Source of the DNA: Microcoleaceae cyanobacterium
GTDB taxonomy: Bacteria; Cyanobacteriota; Cyanobacteriia; Cyanobacteriales; Microcoleaceae
Length of the DNA stretch: 64,000 bases
Direction: 5' to 3'
NCBI GenBank assembly: GCA_051652765.1
Contig: JBOFUV010000097.1
Coordinates: forward strand, 1-64,000
Below the pieces are notes generated by a model. The model saw nothing but the letters and a program-made list of their open reading frames with translations, ran no database searches and was not told the DNA's origin. Positions 53,456 to 63,665 of this stretch are shown one piece after another (within the stretch, counting starts at the first letter, position 1; the number at the start of each line of letters is the position of its first letter). The position numbers and the translations under genes are program-made.

Positions 53456-54001
53456 ATGACACAGCCCTTTCAGCTCACCCACATCAGTGCAACTACTGAT
53501 GATCTGATTGCTAATTTTCTCTATCAATCTGAGGGAGAGTGGCACTCGGATCGGCGATACTATACGCTACCCGATGGCAAAACGCAAGAACTAGTCAGCC
53601 GTCTTACCGTTCAATTTTTAGATAAAGGCTGCCCTGAGTTGCTCCAATTGGCAGAACTGCATGGTTTAGAAGATTCAACAACATTGCTTTGTGGTTCTAG
53701 GATCATTTGGAAGAGTGCGAATTCTATCTCAGGCCAGCGGCAATCTGAAGGTACGACTGTTTTTGGGGTATGGGGAACCAGTCTATATCGCGATCGCGGT
53801 TTTGCCACCCCTCATCCGGTGATCGCTCAATACTCCATGCCAGATGCCAACACCCTTTGCCTCAGAACCGAGTACAATAACTCTGTATTCGAAGAAGAAA
53901 TTAAACACATTGGTCAAAAGTATCGCACTCGCCAATCCATTATTTCCAGGGCTGGAGAGCAGCAGATGATTGGCCAATACTTAGAGAAGCGGATTCGGTA
54001 A
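53456..54001 (+). CDS. CpcS/CpeS-family phycobiliprotein lyase (CpcV-like)
   Basis: SEGEWHSDRRY, LYRDRGFA, FEEEI and YRTR motifs. Confidence 0.82.
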   Translation: MTQPFQLTHISATTDDLIANFLYQSEGEWHSDRRYYTLPDGKTQELVSRLTVQFLDKGCPELLQLAELHGLEDSTTLLCGSRIIWKSANSISGQRQSEGTTVFGVWGTSLYRDRGFATPHPVIAQYSMPDANTLCLRTEYNNSVFEEEIKHIGQKYRTRQSIISRAGEQQMIGQYLEKRIR

Positions 54002-54004
54002 GCG

Positions 54005-55228
54005 GTGAAGCGACGGGACATTTTATTTGGGGCAACAGCCTTAGCCTTGGGCAGTGCGGTGACAGGATGTAATCGTACTGTAGCCTTGCGAATCGAGATT
54101 CTCAAAAATTCTGTTCCAGTGCAGATGTTGAGCCAGTTCCGTCGCAGTTTGCCCAACCATCCTCCTTTGGACATTGTGCCAAAGCCTCAGCTTCAGGATT
54201 TGTATGATGTGCTGAGAAAACTCCAACCCAGATCTCAAAATAGCACTCCAGCTCCTGAACCTTCACCATCATCCTCTCAATCAGTCTCAGATTGGTTGAG
54301 TAACCTGCGGTTGTGGGGTTCCTCTAACAGAAGTCCTAGTGTTAATGTTCCTCCTGCCGATTTAGTTTTGATTGGAGATTACTGGCTGGCCGCAGCGATT
54401 CGGCAAGGGCTTGTTCAGTCCCTCAATCCGGCTCTGTTGAGCCAGTGGAATCAGCTTCCCGATCCGTGGCAAGCCTTGGTTCGGCGGAATGCTCAAGGGG
54501 AACCCGATCCGCAGGGTACTGTTTGGGGAGCGCCCTACCGCTGGGGAACCACGGTCATTGCTTACCGAGCGGATAAGTTTGAGCGGTTGGGCTGGGAACC
54601 TCAGGACTGGAGTGATTTATGGCGGGAGGAATTGCATGATCGCATTTCTTTACTTGATCAGCCCCGTGAAGTGATTGGTTTGACCTTGAAAAAATTAGGA
54701 CACTCCTACAACACCTCAGATCTAAGCGCCGTGCCAGAGTTGGAGGCAGAGCTACGGCAGTTGCATCGCAATGTCAAGCTATATGACTCGACCACCTATC
54801 TCAAGCCTCTGATCCTGGGGGATACCTGGTTGGCCGTGGGCTGGTCAACGGATCTTTCCCTTGAGGTTCAGCTCCAGAATGATTTCAAAGTGGTGATTCC
54901 CCGCTCGGGTACCAGCCTTTGGGCTGATCTGTGGGTGGCACCCAAGTCTGCTCCGCTGTTCTCGGCAGCCAAGTTATCCGCTCAGTGGATCGATTTCTGT
55001 TGGCAGCCTCAAGTTGCCGCACAGTTGGGCGGATTAACTGGAGCAACTTCCCCCATTGCTCTCCAGATGAACCCTGAGGATTTGCCATCTGCCTTGCGAG
55101 ATGACCCAGTGCTCTTGCCAGACCCAGCAATTTTAGAAAAAAGTGAATTTCTTTACCCGCTGTCTGAGGCAGCCCTAGAACAATATCAGACACTATGGGT
55201 TAAGATCCGCAATGAAACTAGAGTTTGA
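54005..55228 (+). CDS. ABC transporter substrate-binding lipoprotein (PotD/polyamine-like)
   Basis: Twin-Arg/lipoprotein signal (KRRDILF...TGC); PYRWG; WSDLW; GTSLWAD. Confidence 0.85.
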   Translation: MKRRDILFGATALALGSAVTGCNRTVALRIEILKNSVPVQMLSQFRRSLPNHPPLDIVPKPQLQDLYDVLRKLQPRSQNSTPAPEPSPSSSQSVSDWLSNLRLWGSSNRSPSVNVPPADLVLIGDYWLAAAIRQGLVQSLNPALLSQWNQLPDPWQALVRRNAQGEPDPQGTVWGAPYRWGTTVIAYRADKFERLGWEPQDWSDLWREELHDRISLLDQPREVIGLTLKKLGHSYNTSDLSAVPELEAELRQLHRNVKLYDSTTYLKPLILGDTWLAVGWSTDLSLEVQLQNDFKVVIPRSGTSLWADLWVAPKSAPLFSAAKLSAQWIDFCWQPQVAAQLGGLTGATSPIALQMNPEDLPSALRDDPVLLPDPAILEKSEFLYPLSEAALEQYQTLWVKIRNETRV

Positions 55229-55248
55229 AGTAAAAGCAACCTGAGCCA

Positions 55249-55983
55249 GTGATCCAAAGACCCCTTGGCTATCCCAGTCGCCAGCGACAGCTTGAAAAAT
55301 TGATAGAGCGTTTGGGATTGTCAGACCCTGCCCCCGTGAATTGGCAATTGCTCAATCTTGCCCTGACCCATCCCACTGCCTCTCCAACGGATAATTATGA
55401 GCAGCTTGAATTTGTTGGGGATTCAGTTGTGCGGCTAGCAGCTTCTGAGTTGTTGCTCGAGATCTATCCAAATCAACCTGTGGGAGAGTTTGCTGCCATT
55501 CGTTCGATCTTGGTCAGCGATCGCGCTTTGGCTGAAATTGGGGATTACTATGGTTTGGGGCGATATTTGATTCTTTCAGATAACGCGGCTCGAGATCGGG
55601 CTGGGGAACAGTCCCGTCTAGCCAATTGCTTTGAGGCTGTATTGGGTGCGCTCTACCTTAGCACCCATACCCTAGAGCTGGTTCGGCCTTGGCTTGATCC
55701 CCATTTGCAGGAGCAGGCCCACCAAATTCGGCGAGATCCAGCTCGACAAAACTATAAGGCTGCCCTGCAAGAGTGGACTCAGAGAAGCTATAAGATTTTG
55801 CCGGAATATCACATTCAAGAAACCGGAACCATTGGCGATGCTGAACGGTTTACAGCAGAGGTTTGGTTTCAGGGTCACAAATTAGGCCAAGGGAAAGGTC
55901 GCTCCATCAAAGCTGCCGAACAAGCCGCCGCTCAAGTTGCCTATTTGTCCTTACATCCACTGGCAGAGGGAGAAAACCCATGA
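55249..55983 (+). CDS. rnc: Ribonuclease III
   Basis: YEQLEFVGD signature; C-terminal dsRBD. Confidence 0.93.
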   Translation: MIQRPLGYPSRQRQLEKLIERLGLSDPAPVNWQLLNLALTHPTASPTDNYEQLEFVGDSVVRLAASELLLEIYPNQPVGEFAAIRSILVSDRALAEIGDYYGLGRYLILSDNAARDRAGEQSRLANCFEAVLGALYLSTHTLELVRPWLDPHLQEQAHQIRRDPARQNYKAALQEWTQRSYKILPEYHIQETGTIGDAERFTAEVWFQGHKLGQGKGRSIKAAEQAAAQVAYLSLHPLAEGENP

Positions 55984-57047
55984 CCCATCCGACTCAACTA
56001 GCAATCTTCGGTGCAGGTCGCTGGGGAAATCATTTGATCCGTAATTTTGCCAGCCATCCCCAAGCAGCGGTGATTGGAATTGCTGATCCCAATCTGGAAC
56101 AGCTCAAAACGGCTCAGGCAAAGTTTCAACTCCCAAATACCGTCAAATTGGCAACAGATTGGTCAACGATTATGGGCTTGCCTGGATTGGAAGCTGTGGT
56201 GATTGCGACTCCAGCTTCAACCCATTACGCACTCGTTTCGAAAGCCCTGCAACGGGGGTATCATGTTTTTGTGGAGAAGCCGCTCACCCTGAATTGGTCA
56301 GAATCCTTAGAACTCTGCCGACTGGCCGAACAGTGCGATCGCCAGCTTTTTGTGGATCATACTTATCTATTCCATCCTGCTGTTACCCAGGGGAAGACTA
56401 CCGTTCAAGCGGGAACCCTGGGAGATTTGCGGTATGGCTATGCAGCTCGAACCCATCTGGAGCCTGTTCGACAAGATGTAGATGCCCTGTGGGACTTGGC
56501 GATTCATGATATTTGTATTTTCAATCATTGGTTGGGTCAGATGCCAGTGCGAGTTCAAGCTACTGGGACGGTCTGGCTACAGCCCCAACATCAGCTAGAA
56601 GTCGGTCACCCCACAGATTTAGCCTCAAATTTAGTCATCCAGGGATTGGCTGATTTTGTCCTGGCAACGTTGACCTATGCCAACGGGTTTCAAGCAATGG
56701 TGCATTTGTGCTGGCTAAACCCCGACAAACAAAGACGGTTGGCGATTGTGGGTAGTCAGGGAACCCTGATTTTTGACGAATTGCTGCAAGAATCACCGCT
56801 CACGTTGCAACGGGGCTGTCTACAAGTGGCCGGGAAGGGTTGGCGGGGATCGGGTCAACAACAGGACGTGATCATGTTTCCTTCAGCAGAACCGTTGGCC
56901 CAAGTTTGCGATCACTTCCTGCAATGTGTTCGAGAGCATCAATCCTCTGAGATTTCCTCCGGCCATGTCGGAGCAGAATTAGTTCAAGTGCTCTGCGGTT
57001 TGAGTCAATCCCTCTCTCAGGGGGGCCAACCGATTGACCTCAGGTGA
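55980..57047 (+). CDS. Gfo/Idh/MocA family oxidoreductase
   Basis: GAGRWG, VEKP and DLAIHD motifs; ATGA overlap with the rnc stop. Confidence 0.9.
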   Translation: MTHPTQLAIFGAGRWGNHLIRNFASHPQAAVIGIADPNLEQLKTAQAKFQLPNTVKLATDWSTIMGLPGLEAVVIATPASTHYALVSKALQRGYHVFVEKPLTLNWSESLELCRLAEQCDRQLFVDHTYLFHPAVTQGKTTVQAGTLGDLRYGYAARTHLEPVRQDVDALWDLAIHDICIFNHWLGQMPVRVQATGTVWLQPQHQLEVGHPTDLASNLVIQGLADFVLATLTYANGFQAMVHLCWLNPDKQRRLAIVGSQGTLIFDELLQESPLTLQRGCLQVAGKGWRGSGQQQDVIMFPSAEPLAQVCDHFLQCVREHQSSEISSGHVGAELVQVLCGLSQSLSQGGQPIDLR

Positions 57048-57107
57048 TGAAGTGGTTGTGCCTCCTAATCCCCCTGAATAGATGAATTCTGCTCTGCTAT
57101 GGCTTGC

Positions 57108-57542
57108 TTAACGCTGCCGACGTTCCTGACGCTGTTGGCGCATTTGTTGAAGCTGTTGCTGCTGTTCTGCGGTCAAAACTGCTTGCATCTGCTGTCGGGC
57201 CTCCTGCTGAATTGCCCGCACTTGGTCTTTCTGGGTGTCGGAGAGGTTTAGGGTTTCTATTGCCCCCCGTCGATTTTTTTCCTGTTGGCGGATCGTTTGC
57301 CATTGGGCTTTTTGTTCAGGGGTTAAAATAGCCTCTAGGCGATCGCGGCTAGATTGCCAAATGGTTTGCATTTGATTGCGTTGAGTTTCGGTGAGATTTA
57401 ACCGTTCAGCTTCTCGTTCAGATCGTTGTCTTAAGGGTTGCTGAGGGGTTAATTCAGTTTGGGCGATCGCCGGAGTAATCACAGTTGCAAACACTGTTAA
57501 ACCTAGAATTCCAGGGATCGCCAAAGCAAATTTGTTAGTCAT
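57108..57542 (-). CDS. Spy/CpxP family periplasmic chaperone
   Basis: Signal peptide; repeated LTxEQ/LNLS motifs. Confidence 0.82.
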   Translation of the reverse strand: MTNKFALAIPGILGLTVFATVITPAIAQTELTPQQPLRQRSEREAERLNLTETQRNQMQTIWQSSRDRLEAILTPEQKAQWQTIRQQEKNRRGAIETLNLSDTQKDQVRAIQQEARQQMQAVLTAEQQQQLQQMRQQRQERRQR

Positions 57543-57640
57543 TTTTTGGGTTTAAACTAGCTGTTACCTGAGGGATAACTCTTGCGATTTAACCTCTCAG
57601 TGATGTACAGATTTTTAGACCTAGGTGTTAGAAACGGGGT

Positions 57641-58342
57641 TCAACTCGACTGCATTAATTCGTCATATTTTTTCCGAACTTCCTGAATATCCTGCCACAT
57701 CAACCATTTGGGTTGCCCTTTTTCGCGGGAGGCATTTCGGAGCAGATAAGCTGGGTGAAAAATCGGCATACAGGGAAGACCTTCCCACTCCATCCACTGA
57801 CCTCTAATTTTGGTGATGCCCCGCTTATCTCCAGTTAAAGATTTTACCGCAGTGGCTCCTGTGAGCAGAATCATCTTAGGATTAACGAGGCGAATTTGTT
57901 CGAGGAGATAGGGTTTACAAGCGTCTATCTCTTGGGTCGTGGGGGTGCGGTTTTCTGGGGGGCGGCAGCGAATTGCGTTGGAAATGTAGACCTCTTGCTC
58001 TGTACTCAAACCAACAGCAGCCAGAATTTTGTCCAAGAGCTGCCCCGACTTCCCAACAAAGGGCAGACCCTGCTCGTCCTCATTCTGACCCGGTGCTTCC
58101 CCAATCAGTAAAATTGGGGCTTGGGGATTTCCTCGACCCATGACGGCGTTTGTGCGATTGTTGCCTAACTCACAGCGATGACACTGATTACAGTGCTGGG
58201 CAATGTCCGCTAGAGTTTGATAGGTGCCTAAAGGGATGGGAACCCGAGCATCTTGAGGGATTTTTGAGGGGTCGAAGGCTGATGATGGGGCAGGCTGAGA
58301 GTCTGAGAGATTAAATAAATCAAGTTGTTGCTCGTTGGACAT
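57641..58342 (-). CDS. Uracil-DNA glycosylase family 4
   Basis: CHRC, GEAPG, PFVG, RCRPPENR and HPAY motifs. Confidence 0.93.
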   Translation of the reverse strand: MSNEQQLDLFNLSDSQPAPSSAFDPSKIPQDARVPIPLGTYQTLADIAQHCNQCHRCELGNNRTNAVMGRGNPQAPILLIGEAPGQNEDEQGLPFVGKSGQLLDKILAAVGLSTEQEVYISNAIRCRPPENRTPTTQEIDACKPYLLEQIRLVNPKMILLTGATAVKSLTGDKRGITKIRGQWMEWEGLPCMPIFHPAYLLRNASREKGQPKWLMWQDIQEVRKKYDELMQSS

Positions 58343-58484
58343 AACCCTGGATGCTCTGAGAAATTCTGATCATAATCCTTAGACCTTAGAAGCTTAACTT
58401 TAAATTTGTTAAGTTTAGGTCAAGAGAGTTGCAAATCTCTAGTGTAACCTTCACGATCAAGATGATGCCACGATTTCACTGCCT

Positions 58485-59189
58485 ATGCTGCCGTCTCCTC
58501 CTTTTCGCGATCGCTCTCATGCAGGTTGTGAACTTGCCGAGGCTATTGTGGCAGAACTCAGCCTTAGCCCTCTCCATCATAGGGTTTCCCCGATTGTTTA
58601 TGCGTTGCCCAAAGGTGGACTGCCTGTGGCGGAGCCGATTGCTAGCCGCCTGAATTGTCCCCTGGAAGTGATTATTGCTAAAAAAATTACCCATCCTGAC
58701 AATCCAGAGTTGGCCCTGGGAGCCGTCACTGCCGATGGCCATGTGTTGTGGTCAAAGCGCAAACCAGAGCGTTTGGCAGAACAGCAACTGTTGTTGGATC
58801 AGGCTCAAGCCAAAGCCTGTAGACAGTGGGAGACCTTTTCAACCTATTGCCTCAATTCGAGTCCTCAAGGTGCTCTTGCCTTGATCGTGGATGATGGTGT
58901 GGCAACGGGAATGACCATGGCTGTTGCCGTTGAGTCTTTGCGGGAAAAGCAGCCCGCAGAAATCTGGATTTGCGTTCCTGTTGCTCCCTTGGAACTCGTT
59001 CAACCCTTGCAAAGCTGGTGCGATCGCCTCATTACTTTGAAAACTCCACGCATTTTTCTGAGTGTTGGTCGGTTTTATCAAGAGTTTACTCAGGTGGAGA
59101 TGGAGCAGGCGATTTTAATTCTGCAAAATCAACAGGAGTACTTCTGTGCCCCGGAGGAGGATCTCTCAAATGAGGCAGGGTTGCTATAG
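58485..59189 (+). CDS. Phosphoribosyltransferase family protein
   Basis: LPKGG and IVDDGVATG PRPP-binding motif. Confidence 0.88.
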   Translation: MLPSPPFRDRSHAGCELAEAIVAELSLSPLHHRVSPIVYALPKGGLPVAEPIASRLNCPLEVIIAKKITHPDNPELALGAVTADGHVLWSKRKPERLAEQQLLLDQAQAKACRQWETFSTYCLNSSPQGALALIVDDGVATGMTMAVAVESLREKQPAEIWICVPVAPLELVQPLQSWCDRLITLKTPRIFLSVGRFYQEFTQVEMEQAILILQNQQEYFCAPEEDLSNEAGLL

Positions 59190-59222
59190 TGTGTACAGAA
59201 ATTTCAATCTTTCTTTCTGCCG

Positions 59223-59537
59223 ATGAGATTGTGGCGCGTTTGGTGGCAAACTCTCGTTTATTCAGCCCAGTACAATCCTCCTCAGTTTATTGAGTTCGTT
59301 ATGTTGATACTGGCCCTTGTTTTGCTCTCCTTGTGGGGAGTGACGGGGCATTGGGTTTGTCTGGTTTTATGTCTTAGCTATGCAGCGGGTTCCTCGATGG
59401 CCATGTTAGTTCGAGAAGCTGTCCTCCCTTCTGCCCGGTTTCAACCTGCTCAGGCTATTGCAGTGCTTTTGCTAATCGTGAGTCTCTACACCTTGGCGGA
59501 GCTAGTCTTGCAACCGTTCCCTTTCATCTCTAGATAG
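59223..59537 (+). CDS. Small hypothetical membrane protein
   Basis: 104 aa with about three hydrophobic segments; co-oriented with neighbours. Confidence 0.65.
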   Translation: MRLWRVWWQTLVYSAQYNPPQFIEFVMLILALVLLSLWGVTGHWVCLVLCLSYAAGSSMAMLVREAVLPSARFQPAQAIAVLLLIVSLYTLAELVLQPFPFISR

Positions 59538-59638
59538 GAAGAGCCAGTCCACTGACATCGGCAAGAGGACTAGAAAAAACTCTTTCAGGTTATCCTGCGA
59601 AAAGACAGTTTTCACATCGTATAACTTGTTACCCACTC

Positions 59639-60319
59639 ATGGACAGTGATAAGACTCTTTTTCAACTTCAACAGATTGTGGCTGAAGCCAAAGCGTACCC
59701 ACCGAATAGCGTGGAGCGTCGTCAAAAGCTAAATCAGATTATTCGGCTAGTCATGGGTTCTAAGAAGCTTTGGAGAGAATCCTCGGATTACTACAACGAT
59801 GCCTTGCAGGAGATGTGGGAGTATTGCTGTCAGCATATTGAAGACTATGATCCTGACCGGAGTAACGTCATTACCTGGCTAGATTGGCATCTGAAAAAGC
59901 GGTTGAGGGCTTTACGCGATCGCCGCTATCGGGATTATAGTCGGCAAGCCTCTCCTTTGATTTTTGATGAGAGCTTTCTAGACCCCTTGGAACAGGTTCC
60001 AGCCGCCTCTGAGGTTCAGCCTATTTTAGAAATTTGGGAAAAAACCATAGAGTGGGTTCAAGCAGATCCTCAAAGCAACCTTTATCGTACTTGTTTTAGA
60101 AACTGTTCAGACATTAATTGTCAAGCGCTTTTTCTCAAACGATTTCCCCATGAAACCCCTTGGAATGTTATTGCCGCTGAGTTTAGCCTGGATTCAGCAG
60201 CGACTAAAGATTTGCCTAAGTTTTACAACCGTAAGTGCTTGCCTTTGCTCCGAGATTTTGGCCTATCCCAAGGGTACTTAGATTCTTCCCAACCTAAAAA
60301 TCCAAGGAAATCATCATAA
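59639..60319 (+). CDS. Sigma-70 (ECF-like) family sigma factor, cyanobacterial type
   Basis: DALQEMWEY...YDPDRSNVITW region-2-like motif; C-terminal HTH-like WNVIAAEF...FYNRKCLPLLR; precedes DUF1822. Confidence 0.72.
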   Translation: MDSDKTLFQLQQIVAEAKAYPPNSVERRQKLNQIIRLVMGSKKLWRESSDYYNDALQEMWEYCCQHIEDYDPDRSNVITWLDWHLKKRLRALRDRRYRDYSRQASPLIFDESFLDPLEQVPAASEVQPILEIWEKTIEWVQADPQSNLYRTCFRNCSDINCQALFLKRFPHETPWNVIAAEFSLDSAATKDLPKFYNRKCLPLLRDFGLSQGYLDSSQPKNPRKSS

Positions 60320-61569
60320 TGCTGTTTAGCTCAACTCCGTGCGATTTTGCGATTCCCCTAGCTATCCCGTCTCAAGCGCGGGAACTTGCGGCACAATTTG
60401 CAGCCCAATCTCCTGATGCAACAAAAGCAGAGCAGATTTATCAAAATACTTTGGCTGTTTGCTTAGTCAATAACTACTTCCGTATTTTGGGGATTCCTGT
60501 AGACGTTCAGGCTGGGGATAGCTGGAACCCAGCGGTCTATCTATTTCATGATGTTGCCGATCTGGTACTGCCTCAGCGGGGTCGGTTGGACTGTTGTCCC
60601 TTGTTGGTCTCAGCGACCACACCTCAACCGAACCGATGTCGAGTTTCCCCAGATCTTCAAGGGGATCGCTTGGGGTATGTGGTTGTTCAGATTGATCTGA
60701 AGGCTCAGGAAGCTGCGTTACTGGGGTTTGCACCTGTTGTTGCCGGAGAATGGTTGTCCTTGCAGGAATTGCGATCGCCGGATGAGTTAATTGCCCATGT
60801 GATGGGCACTGCTCCAAGCCCTGAGGTAAATTTGCGCCAATGGCTACAAAATAGTGTCAATGAAGGATGGGAGCGTTTAGAAAAAGTTATTTTAGAAAAG
60901 ATTATTTTAGAAAAGATTATTGCAGAAAATCTTCTAGACAATCTTTCTGAAAATCTTTCCGCAAATATTGTAGACCTGCCTCAACTCATCCCCGTCCGCA
61001 GTGTTGCTGTCGAAAACCCGGTTTCACTGACCCAAGACTCCGTGGCTTCTGTGATTCGATTGCTCCAGCCTGATCAATCGGAGGAGGCTCGTCTTCAAGC
61101 CACAGAAATTCTGGGTAAAATTGGCAAGGGCGATTTTGCAGCCGTTCAGGCTTTGAGTCAGGTGATGCAAACGGCTGAAACAGAAGATCTGCGTTGGCAA
61201 GCGGCCATTAGCTTGGGCACTCTAGACCCTTGCCATCCTCAAGCCGGACTGCAACGGACAATTCGTCTGCCCTTGGGTCAAGAACAGGTATTACTCGTCG
61301 TTACTGTCATTCCTAAGCCAGAGAACCGGCTGGGAGTCTGGCTTCAAGTTGAATCCCGTAATCCTCAGCAGCTCTTGCCTCCTGGTTTAACGCTGAGAGT
61401 GCTTGCTACCACTGGAGAAACCTACCTGCAGATTGAGGCGGAAGCAGACAGCCACGGTCGGGGAGTGAATTCAGTGATTGGACGGCGGTTTTCCCCTCCG
61501 GTAGGAACTCATTTTCAGGTGCAAGTTCAGCTTGGAAATCACCAGTTTCAAGCTGGTTTTTTTGCATAA
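60319..61569 (+). CDS. DUF1822 family protein with HEAT-like insert
   Basis: NTLAV, DVADL, GYVVVQ, LLGF, NLRQW and LPPGLTL motifs; HEAT-like RWQAAISLG. Confidence 0.82.
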   Translation: MLFSSTPCDFAIPLAIPSQARELAAQFAAQSPDATKAEQIYQNTLAVCLVNNYFRILGIPVDVQAGDSWNPAVYLFHDVADLVLPQRGRLDCCPLLVSATTPQPNRCRVSPDLQGDRLGYVVVQIDLKAQEAALLGFAPVVAGEWLSLQELRSPDELIAHVMGTAPSPEVNLRQWLQNSVNEGWERLEKVILEKIILEKIIAENLLDNLSENLSANIVDLPQLIPVRSVAVENPVSLTQDSVASVIRLLQPDQSEEARLQATEILGKIGKGDFAAVQALSQVMQTAETEDLRWQAAISLGTLDPCHPQAGLQRTIRLPLGQEQVLLVVTVIPKPENRLGVWLQVESRNPQQLLPPGLTLRVLATTGETYLQIEAEADSHGRGVNSVIGRRFSPPVGTHFQVQVQLGNHQFQAGFFA

Positions 61570-61610
61570 CGAGTAGACTGAACCTATCAATATGGCCGTA
61601 AAGGAAGAAG

Positions 61611-61633
61611 AGCTAGGGCACTATACCCTAGCT
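61611..61633. terminator. Hairpin between convergent genes
   Basis: AGCTAGGG-cactata-CCCTAGCT. Confidence 0.5.
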
Positions 61634-61672
61634 GCTTCGGCTCAAGTTTCCTAGGATTTCCCTGGGATTTCC

Positions 61673-62200
61673 TTAAGAATTAAACAGCGTTCTAATAGTT
61701 TCTACCCGTCGGCGATTTACACCCAGATCAGAGTCTCCCAATCGAGAGGCAGAGCGGACTTGAATCACACCCTTCGCTTCATCAATGTAAAACTCCACAT
61801 CATCTACAAAGCCAAAGATAGGAATTGTAAATTCTGCATAGAGATAGTGGTCGTCGGCGGTCACTATTCTGGCATTGTCAAAGGTCTCTAGCACCATTTT
61901 CAGCTTATCCAATGCCTCTGATGCCGACTGTTCGTAGGTCAAGGCCGCAATTTCATGGGTTGGATCATCTGTGCTCTGACTAGAAACACAGTTCGGCGAA
62001 CTTGGGCATGGAGCCAGCCGTTCATCCTGAAACCCCAAATTGCTAGGGGCAGTGCCTGGGAATGAGAGCAGGGTTGCGATCGCCTTGGGCTGAGAGGGCT
62101 GGGCAAATGCAGGAGTTGCGATTCCCCAAGAACCGATCAAAATCAGCCCGAAAATGGCCATCATGACCGCGCGATATCTCAACTTAACTTTGGTAAACAT
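61673..62200 (-). CDS. DUF1499 domain protein
   Basis: CPSSPNCVSSQ, FVDDVEF and RSASRLGDSDLGVNRRR motifs. Confidence 0.9.
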   Translation of the reverse strand: MFTKVKLRYRAVMMAIFGLILIGSWGIATPAFAQPSQPKAIATLLSFPGTAPSNLGFQDERLAPCPSSPNCVSSQSTDDPTHEIAALTYEQSASEALDKLKMVLETFDNARIVTADDHYLYAEFTIPIFGFVDDVEFYIDEAKGVIQVRSASRLGDSDLGVNRRRVETIRTLFNS

Positions 62201-62358
62201 ACTGAAATTATCCTTATTACGTCCGTCAAAATCGAGAAGCTAGGAAGTTCAATCTCTAAAGGATTTAACCTTAGGATTTAACCTTAGCGTAAATGCCCTG
62301 CCGCCATTTCCTAGTATGATTAAAACAATAGAGCAAAGTCAATCGTAAACGGGGATCT

Positions 62359-62835
62359 ATGCCAAAAACTGTTGCTGATGTAATGACTCCTAACCCCATC
62401 GTAGCCCAACCTGATATGCCATTGAAGCAGGCAATTCAAGTCCTCGCCGAAAACCGAATTAGTGGTTTACCGGTCGTGGATGAAGCAGGTAAATTGCTAG
62501 GAATGATTTTAGAAACAGACATTATTTGGCAAGAAAGTGGAATTACTCCCCCTGCCTATATCACAATTCTAGACAGTATTATCTACTTAGAAAATCCGGC
62601 TCGCTACGAACAAGAACTCCATAAAGCTCTAGGAACAACGGTTGATGAGGTGATGACCAAGAAAGGAGTCGTTACTGTTGCCCCCAACTGCCTTCTATCA
62701 GAAGCAGCACGGTTAATGCATGAAAAACGGGTTCATCAGCTTTCGGTTTTGGATGAAGCTGGAAAAGTTGTCGGAATTTTGTCCTGTGGGGACATTATTC
62801 AGGCTATGGCTCTGGCCGGGGGCAACCAGGTTTAA
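62359..62835 (+). CDS. CBS domain pair protein
   Basis: VADVMT, ISGLPVVD and a second CBS repeat. Confidence 0.9.
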   Translation: MPKTVADVMTPNPIVAQPDMPLKQAIQVLAENRISGLPVVDEAGKLLGMILETDIIWQESGITPPAYITILDSIIYLENPARYEQELHKALGTTVDEVMTKKGVVTVAPNCLLSEAARLMHEKRVHQLSVLDEAGKVVGILSCGDIIQAMALAGGNQV

Positions 62836-62964
62836 TTGGGGTGGGTTTTAGGGTTAGACCATCAGGTGCCAACAGGAGGTGTCAACTTAAGGTGTCAACT
62901 TAAGATGCCAACTCCTGTTAAATCAGGACTTTAGATGTTGTACTTTTAGAGTTTAATTTTTTAT

Positions 62965-63633
62965 ATGACTGTTACTCCAGAAACGATTCAACACTGGTTG
63001 AGTTCAGAGGATTTGGGCGATCGCTTGCGGGCCGTAAACCAGATGCGAAACTTAGATCCGACCATTGCATTTCAATTGATTCAGACTGCTGTGATGGATT
63101 CTGACACCCGCGTTCGTTATGCAGCGGTCAGTCAGTTGTCCAGTTTGGGACAACAGGATCGGTCTCGCTCCTTGGAAATCCTGCGCGATCGCATTCAAAA
63201 TGATTCAGAACCAGATGTGCAGGCTGCTGCTGCCGATGCCATTGGCGGTTTGCACCTTGCAGAAGCCTTCGAGGATCTACAGACCCTCTACCACCACACC
63301 CCAGAATGGCTGGTCAAAGTCAGCATTGTTGCTGCACTGGGAGAACTGGGAGCACCTCAGGGATTTGAACTGTTAGCCGATGCCCTCGCGAATGGAAATG
63401 AATTACTCCAAACGGTCGCCATCGGGGCATTAGGAGAGTTGGGCGATGCACAAGCAGTCCCTTTACTGATTACCCACATTGCTAACCCGGATTGGCAAAT
63501 TCGCTATCGGATTGCTCAAGCCCTAACTCGATTAGGGGGCACAGAGGCGAATGCTGCCCTGAAACAATTGGCCGAGGATGAGACTGCACAAGTTGCTGAA
63601 TCGGCAAAATTAGGCTTAGTTGATCAGAGTTAG
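62965..63633 (+). CDS. nblB: Phycobilisome degradation protein (HEAT repeats)
   Basis: MTVTPE...SEDLGDRLRAVNQ...RVRYAAVSQ; PBS-lyase HEAT repeats; CBS gene upstream as is usual in cyanobacteria. Confidence 0.85.
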   Translation: MTVTPETIQHWLSSEDLGDRLRAVNQMRNLDPTIAFQLIQTAVMDSDTRVRYAAVSQLSSLGQQDRSRSLEILRDRIQNDSEPDVQAAAADAIGGLHLAEAFEDLQTLYHHTPEWLVKVSIVAALGELGAPQGFELLADALANGNELLQTVAIGALGELGDAQAVPLLITHIANPDWQIRYRIAQALTRLGGTEANAALKQLAEDETAQVAESAKLGLVDQS

Positions 63634-63665
63634 GGTTCCTGGCGCTAAATCTATACTGAATCAAT

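Noticed and set aside
59619..59632. NtcA-like site GTA-N8-TAC before the sigma factor
   Set aside because: Only 6 bp from the ATG, no appropriately spaced -10 element, and a six-base motif is expected many times by chance in 64 kb
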